In this document: piece after piece, positions 59,817 to 64,000 of the stretch
Position numbering within the stretch: position 1 is the stretch's first letter
Layout of the letters: every line of letters begins with the position of its first letter
From: Candidatus Kapaibacterium sp.
GTDB taxonomy: Bacteria > Bacteroidota > Ignavibacteria > Kapaibacteriales > HRBIN21
NCBI GenBank assembly: GCA_938084565.1
Contig: CALKEU010000007.1
Coordinates: 115,039 to 179,038, forward strand
Length of the DNA: 64,000 bases
Direction of reading: 5' to 3'
Translations under genes and position numbers: made by a program
Notes under the pieces: model-generated
Databases searched by the model: none
What the model saw: only the letters and a program-made list of their open reading frames with translations
What the model was told of the DNA's origin: nothing

Positions 59817-60287
59817 TCACCATCGGACACTCACAAGCACCCCCGATGGCGAAGGTAGCAGACTCAAACGCTCCCCAACCTCGAAAGCCGCAAGATGAGC
59901 CTCCACATATGCATCGATGGCCGCCAGCACGTATGCGGCTATCCACACAGCAAGGGCCATATCCCGCCGTTCCACGAACATCGTACGGTATGCCCGGAGA
60001 AGGGCAATCGTCTGCGCCGGTTCTCCCTGCGCGAGCGCTTGTTCCAGCTGCCGCTGATAGTGTATATAGCGCCGCTGGTTGAGCACTGTCAAGTACGCCC
60101 CTACAGCATTGCCCACCGCGAAGATAGGCGCCTTCCAATATGCCTCCACGTAGAGCTGCCCCCAACCGGGAAGGAGCAGCGAACGCAACACCGCACCGAA
60201 GGGGGATTTCCTGGCTATTGAATCGGCTGCTGGAACTGCTTCCTCTGCGTGCGCTCTTGCCACCCCCACGACGACGAGACTGAGCAC
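59817..60287 (-). CDS. Small membrane protein with 'LLPGWGQLY...YWKAPIF' motif (DUF5683-like)
   Basis: The track ORF (to 60491) runs across two tRNA genes, so its 5' part is spurious. A likely GTG (60287) or CTG start gives a signal peptide plus a conserved Bacteroidota-type motif. Confidence 0.4.
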   Translation of the reverse strand: MLSLVVVGVARAHAEEAVPAADSIARKSPFGAVLRSLLLPGWGQLYVEAYWKAPIFAVGNAVGAYLTVLNQRRYIHYQRQLEQALAQGEPAQTIALLRAYRTMFVERRDMALAVWIAAYVLAAIDAYVEAHLAAFEVGERLSLLPSPSGVLVSVRW

Positions 60288-60320
60288 GCAAATCAGCAGT
60301 CGTCCCCTCTGCGCACGATG

Positions 60321-60404
60321 TGCCCGGCGCAGGACTCGAACCTGCACGCCCTTGCGGGCACTACACCCTGAATGTAGCGCGTCTACCACTTCCGCCAGCC
60401 GGGC
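60321..60404 (-). tRNA. tRNA-Leu (anticodon CAG), type II
   Basis: Reverse complement folds as: GCCCGGC acceptor; GCG/CGC D-stem with 'AAGTGGTAGA' loop; CTACA-TTCAGGG-TGTAG anticodon arm (CAG); long variable arm TGCCCGCAAGGGCGTGC; GCAGG-TTCGAGT-CCTGC T-arm; discriminator A. No encoded CCA. Confidence 0.8.
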
Positions 60405-60408
60405 AGTG

Positions 60409-60497
60409 CGGAGAGGGTGGGATTCGAACCCACGGTGCCCCAGAAAGGGCACAACGGTTTTCGAGACCGCCCCGTTCAACCACTCCGGCACCTCTCC
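60409..60497 (-). tRNA. tRNA-Ser (anticodon CGA), type II
   Basis: Reverse complement: GGAGAGG acceptor; 'GAGTGGTTGAA' D-loop; anticodon loop CTCGAAA (CGA); long variable arm; GTGGG-TTCGAAT-CCCAC T-arm; discriminator G. Confidence 0.8.
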
Positions 60498-60538
60498 AGG
60501 AGCATTACAAAATTACAGCTCCTCCCTCAGCCACGGGC

Positions 60539-61009
60539 TCAATGGTGATGCTCTGGCAGTGTCGGCCGTCGTCTTGGCTGCTGAGACCGGCCTACCGGAC
60601 ATGCTATTTGCTGCCAGCCTGCCTGCGCAAATCGCAGACGCAGCTCTATGGTATCGCCTGGCCGCAACACTTGCTGCAGATCGTACAGCATAATGTGCAA
60701 TCCGCCGGGACGCAAGATGACAGAATCACGCCCTCCAATCACTATACGCTCGACCTTCCGCATCTGCATCCGTCCCTGGGGATCTCGTACGGTTTCATGG
60801 AGTTCAACCCGAGCCGCCTGTGCCGAGGTAACTTCCAAGAGCGTGTCCGCCTTCGCCCCGTTGTTGACAATGACTCCATAGGCTGCGCTGGGAATCGCCC
60901 TTCCGGCCGGACGCGCCCAGAAATCTCTGAACTGCAGCACTGACTCCACTGCCGCAAGACTTCCACCACTGAGTACACTCACCAAACACAGCACCTGCCA
61001 TCCCCTCAT
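60539..61009 (-). CDS. Periplasmic copper chaperone PCu(A)C (DUF461)
   Basis: Signal peptide, then 'HETVRDPQGRMQMRKV' with the H(M)x10Mx21HxM-type Cu(I) site 'LHIMLYD' characteristic of PCuAC. Confidence 0.7.
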   Translation of the reverse strand: MRGWQVLCLVSVLSGGSLAAVESVLQFRDFWARPAGRAIPSAAYGVIVNNGAKADTLLEVTSAQAARVELHETVRDPQGRMQMRKVERIVIGGRDSVILRPGGLHIMLYDLQQVLRPGDTIELRLRFAQAGWQQIACPVGRSQQPRRRPTLPEHHH

Positions 61010-61608
61010 TGCTGATGCCTCAACTGTTGGACATCTCGTACCACCTGTGCAATCGGAGCATCCGTACCCGTATACCGCTTGCGAATCCGACCTGCCCCAT
61101 CGACCAGAAATAAAACGTCGGAGTGGGCAAAAAAGTACGAAACACCTCCGTCGGTAAACTCCGTTGGGGTCCGCTGCACCACGACACCGAACTGCTGGAC
61201 CAACTGCTCCACCACCTCCGGCTTGCCACTACAGAGGACAAAACCCGGCTCAGGAAGCTGGTGCGCCTCGGCAAATTCCCGCAAGCGCTCAGGGCTATCC
61301 CGCTCCGGATCGAAGGAAATCATCACGGCCCGAACTCCACGGGTCTCCGGCAGAGCTTGCCAAATCTGCACCATACGCTGGGCAATCAGGGGGCAGATAT
61401 CGGGGCACTGCACATAGAAGAATGCCACCAGCAGGACTTCGCCACGCAAATCCTGCGGGAAGTTGATGAGCTTCCCCTGTTGAGTCCAGAGATAATGGGA
61501 GCCTTGCACCACGCCCTGCTCTGCCTGGCAGCCGAGAAGCGCCGATATAACCACCACTGCCCCTATCCTGCTGGACAAGGGCATATTAGTCCCTTTAACC
61601 GCTATCAC
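61006..61608 (-). CDS. SCO1/SenC-family copper-insertion thiol-disulfide protein
   Basis: Thioredoxin-like fold with 'CPDICPL' (CxxxCP) plus the conserved downstream His. 4-bp overlap with PCuAC. Confidence 0.8.
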   Translation of the reverse strand: MIAVKGTNMPLSSRIGAVVVISALLGCQAEQGVVQGSHYLWTQQGKLINFPQDLRGEVLLVAFFYVQCPDICPLIAQRMVQIWQALPETRGVRAVMISFDPERDSPERLREFAEAHQLPEPGFVLCSGKPEVVEQLVQQFGVVVQRTPTEFTDGGVSYFFAHSDVLFLVDGAGRIRKRYTGTDAPIAQVVRDVQQLRHQQ

Positions 61609-61626
61609 TCTCCTCCCGCACTCGCC

Positions 61627-63393
61627 CTACTCGGCTGATTCCTTCAGCTGCTTTTCCGGAATATTGTACTCCGGCAAATAGGCCGGTGCTGGCTTAAAGC
61701 TGCTGCGTGTTACATCGTAGAGTACAGGCGTATAGGAGACCACGATGAGCACAACTGCAGCCGCAATCCATGGGGCCAAGCGATTGAGTGCTCGCACTGG
61801 CTCATCATGGTATGCTTCAGCGACAGGGAGCTCTACTTGCGCCTCCTTCACTCGCCGAGACACCAGCGTGGCAAAGAAGGCCACGAAATACAGCACCGCC
61901 GCACTAAACATGATTATGCCACCAACCATGGCAATGTCCGCATATGGTGCCCAGTCTGCACGGAAGAAGGCCGTCCCCTGCATGTCCGGATTCAACGCGC
62001 CAGCTCCAAGATAGGTTCGCCGTGGCATGCCCTGCAGCCCACCGCGCATCATTCCCCACGAGAAGATCAAAACCCCAATCAACCAAAGGTAGGGCACAGC
62101 CACGACGAGAGACTTGAGACGAACTTCCTTCCCACTGAGCTGCGCAACCAAAAACAGGCTCATGCCTAAAATAGCCAAGAACACTGGGCTTCCTACCGTC
62201 AGGTGGAAGTGTCCCGGTACCCACGATGTGTTGTGCACTGCCAAATTCAAATTGTACGAGGCATTCACAATGCCCGAAATCCCACCGAAGATGAAAATGA
62301 TGAGCCCTGCAATCCAGTAACCAAACACCCAGCGCTCCCGATCAAAGTAGGGAAGCCGAAACATCCATCCAAAGAGCCCCCGTGCCCCCCGTTGCCGGGC
62401 GGCATACTCAAGCGAGGCAGCGACAGTGAAGGCCGTAATTAAGCTCGGAAGCGCAACGGCATACGTCAGAAAAGTATGCACAAGCTTCCACTGCGTTCCA
62501 ATCCCTGGATCAGCGAACTGATGATGCGCCCCCACCGGGATGGAAAACAGGATAAACATCACGAACACCAGACGCCCCGCTGCATCGCTGAAAAGCTTCC
62601 CCCCCGCTACCTTGGGAAGCATGACGTAGTACATCACGTATGCAGGTAACAACCAGAAGTACACCAACGGATGCCCAAAGAACCAGAAGAGCGCCCGGGC
62701 TAGTGGCACATCCACGCCCTCTGTCCACCCCAGCGACCACGGTAGCAAGAGGAACAGTACCTCCACTGCTACCGCCAGCGTAGCAATGAGCCACACGATA
62801 AAGGTAACCAACATTCCCATAACGGCTAAGGGGACTTTCTCGCCAGGGTGTTCGCGACGCCACCGTCGGTACAGCGGAATCCAATTAGCCCCACCAATCC
62901 ATGACCCCACAATGAGCAAAGCCGCTCCAAGGTAAAATGTCGGATGCGCCTTGAGGGGCGGATAAAAGGTATAGAGTACCGACGCCTGCCCCGTAAACAT
63001 TGCAAAGGCTGCTAAAGCAACCCCCACGAGCATGATGATGGCTGACAACCACCCCACGCGCGTGTTCAAGGGCAGCTTCAGAAAGTAGGGAACGACGACG
63101 TTGCCAAATGCTATAGCGAAAAAGGTGGTCAACACAATTGCATTGAGCACGCCATGCAGGGTCAAGCCCCAGTAGTACATAATCGAGCTCTGCCAGTCGA
63201 TATTCCTCAAGGCCTCAATCCCAAAGAGATTGCCAATGGTGCTCATCAGCACCTTCAAGAGCGGATCATAGTGTAACACCCCCGCCCGAAAGAGCACCTG
63301 CATCAGCCCTCCGTAAATGCCGATTACGAGTAACACGAGGGGCACCACCAATTCAGTCCGAATCAAGTTCCGATACGAGCGCGTCAGTTCCAT
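61627..63393 (-). CDS. cbaA: Haem-copper oxidase subunit I, B-family (ba3-type)
   Basis: Strong resemblance to Thermus ba3 subunit I: 'YYWGLTLHGVLNAIV', 'VLYTFYPPLKAHPTFYLGAAL', 'GHPLVYFWLLPAYV', 'HHQFADPGIG', 'GHFHLTVGS'. The internal ATG giving 'MELTRSY' avoids overlap with subunit II. Confidence 0.85.
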   Translation of the reverse strand: MELTRSYRNLIRTELVVPLVLLVIGIYGGLMQVLFRAGVLHYDPLLKVLMSTIGNLFGIEALRNIDWQSSIMYYWGLTLHGVLNAIVLTTFFAIAFGNVVVPYFLKLPLNTRVGWLSAIIMLVGVALAAFAMFTGQASVLYTFYPPLKAHPTFYLGAALLIVGSWIGGANWIPLYRRWRREHPGEKVPLAVMGMLVTFIVWLIATLAVAVEVLFLLLPWSLGWTEGVDVPLARALFWFFGHPLVYFWLLPAYVMYYVMLPKVAGGKLFSDAAGRLVFVMFILFSIPVGAHHQFADPGIGTQWKLVHTFLTYAVALPSLITAFTVAASLEYAARQRGARGLFGWMFRLPYFDRERWVFGYWIAGLIIFIFGGISGIVNASYNLNLAVHNTSWVPGHFHLTVGSPVFLAILGMSLFLVAQLSGKEVRLKSLVVAVPYLWLIGVLIFSWGMMRGGLQGMPRRTYLGAGALNPDMQGTAFFRADWAPYADIAMVGGIIMFSAAVLYFVAFFATLVSRRVKEAQVELPVAEAYHDEPVRALNRLAPWIAAAVVLIVVSYTPVLYDVTRSSFKPAPAYLPEYNIPEKQLKESAE

Positions 63394-63407
63394 GGCCCTC
63401 CCCTGTC

Positions 63408-63851
63408 CTACTGTTGTACAACCCGGATGACGCCCATCATTTGCTGGTGTCCAATGCCACAATATTCGTGGCAGACAATCAGGTACTCACCTGCCTTCGG
63501 AAAGCGCACCCGTCCATACGTCACTGTCCCTGGCACCGCCATGAGATTGAGATTGGTCCCATCAATGTGAAAACCATGCAGGACGTCCCCCGCCGTCAGG
63601 TAAACGTCCACTTCGGCTCCGGCCGGCAGTACCACCGATGGCATCTGATACGACCACATGCGCGCAATGACATGCAGTTCATAGCGCCCGTCTGCCCTCT
63701 GGAAAAATGTATCTCGCTCGAATGGCTTCACATCAGTCACACAGCCAGGAACATCCACGCCAAACCCCGTTGCCAGAACGAGCACAGCAAGGAAGAATAT
63801 GGCCATAACAGCTACCCCGAGCCCGAGTGTCAAGCGTTCCATCCGTTCCAT
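63408..63851 (-). CDS. cbaB: Haem-copper oxidase subunit II (CuA), ba3-type
   Basis: Single N-terminal TM helix. Cupredoxin domain with CuA ligands 'HGFHI' and 'CHEYCGIGHQQM'. Short (147 aa), as in ba3 oxidases. An AGGAGG Shine-Dalgarno sits 6 nt upstream. Confidence 0.8.
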   Translation of the reverse strand: MERMERLTLGLGVAVMAIFFLAVLVLATGFGVDVPGCVTDVKPFERDTFFQRADGRYELHVIARMWSYQMPSVVLPAGAEVDVYLTAGDVLHGFHIDGTNLNLMAVPGTVTYGRVRFPKAGEYLIVCHEYCGIGHQQMMGVIRVVQQ

Positions 63852-63854
63852 GGC

Positions 63855-63968
63855 TCACCTCCTTCCGAGAACTTGGAAGTATACCGATGCCCACAGCACA
63901 CCGTAGAAGAGCAGCATCAATACGAAGAAAGCTACCGCCCCATACGGCTTGAAGTCCTTCTGCTCCAT
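63855..63968 (-). CDS. ba3-type oxidase subunit IIa-like single-helix protein (37 aa; below the ORF-track length cutoff)
   Basis: Translation 'MEQKDFKPYGAVAFFVLMLLFYGVLWASVYFQVLGRR'. The Thermus IIa sequence I used for comparison (MEEKPKGALAVILVLTLTILVFWLGVYAVFFARG) was recalled from memory and needs checking. Preceded by a GGGTGAGGTG Shine-Dalgarno. Its stop sits 3 nt before the subunit II start and lies within that gene's Shine-Dalgarno. Coordinates are ±1. Confidence 0.55.
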   Translation of the reverse strand: MEQKDFKPYGAVAFFVLMLLFYGVLWASVYFQVLGRR

Positions 63969-64000
63969 GGCACCTCACCCTCTAGTTTGACGCCGCCAAA

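Noticed and set aside
63733-63978. 81-aa track ORF upstream of oxidase subunit II
   Set aside because: A different-frame 37-aa ORF in the same DNA has an Shine-Dalgarno, a TM helix and a ba3 IIa-like sequence. The 81-aa frame is Arg/Cys/Gly-rich and overlaps subunit II.
1-64000. CRISPR arrays, integrons, IS elements, toxin-antitoxin pairs, prophage blocks
   Set aside because: No spaced direct repeats, attC-like sites, transposase/integrase motifs, or small paired ORFs with TA-like features were found on reading either strand. All intergenic spaces are under 200 nt.

Overview
This window is a GC-rich, densely packed stretch of bacterial chromosome, and it is mostly housekeeping. About 55 protein genes, two tRNAs and short intergenic gaps cover it, with many start and stop codons overlapping by 4 bp. 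I found no CRISPR array, no transposase or phage genes, and no gap large enough to hide an inserted locus.

Lineage (inference): Bacteroidota/Rhodothermota-like. The support is three proteins ending in a type IX secretion (T9SS) C-terminal sorting domain, a PorU-like C25 peptidase gene followed directly by a PorV-like gene, a DUF5683-like gene, and a Thermus-type ba3 (B-family) haem-copper oxidase.

Content by region:
- 1-6.5 kb, + strand: porU(partial)-porV-lipoprotein-SLBB protein-orphan sugar-binding protein.
- 6.4-9 kb, - strand: SixA-like phosphatase and a membrane Fe-S (CCG-domain) oxidoreductase; 9.2-9.9 kb, + strand: Crp/Fnr regulator.
- 9.9-14.5 kb, - strand: a second PorV-like barrel, an NHL lipoprotein and a small lipoprotein, downstream of an alpha-oxoamine synthase + SDR pair.
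- 14.5-22.7 kb: mpg, tilS-hpt-ftsH, murB, nusB and a Leu/Phe/Val dehydrogenase.
- 22.8-27.3 kb: periplasmic HMA chaperone, CopA and P5C dehydrogenase.
- 27.3-33.3 kb: sensor kinase, nuoA-nuoB, APC permease and a hybrid kinase.
- 33.3-41.2 kb: tsaC, a DUF1501/DUF1800 pair, CDP-alcohol phosphatidyltransferase, SSS transporter, epimerase and purD.
- 41.3-49.8 kb, - strand: rpsD, ruvA, two TPR proteins, an M28 peptidase and dnaE.
- 49.8-56.3 kb, - strand: a large secreted repeat protein, ribD, a hypothetical protein, a Gfo/Idh oxidoreductase and xerD.
- 56.4-64 kb: glmS, tRNA-Leu/tRNA-Ser, and a copper-oxidase cluster (subunits IIa, II and I of a ba3-type oxidase, a SCO1-family assembly protein and the copper chaperone PCu(A)C).

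I do not see a clear-cut new system. The best candidates for a second look are:
- a 925-aa secreted protein built from about 11 tandem 26-residue Gly/Asp-rich repeats plus HEAT repeats, sitting between ribD and dnaE;
- the alpha-oxoamine synthase + SDR + PorV-like + lipoprotein operon, a possible long-chain-base lipid module tied to the outer membrane;
- an untracked 37-aa ba3 subunit-IIa-like gene;
- a three-fold repeated helical tail on FtsH.

Coordinates I derived by hand (non-ATG starts, tRNAs, the small ORF, terminators) may be off by 1-2 nt.
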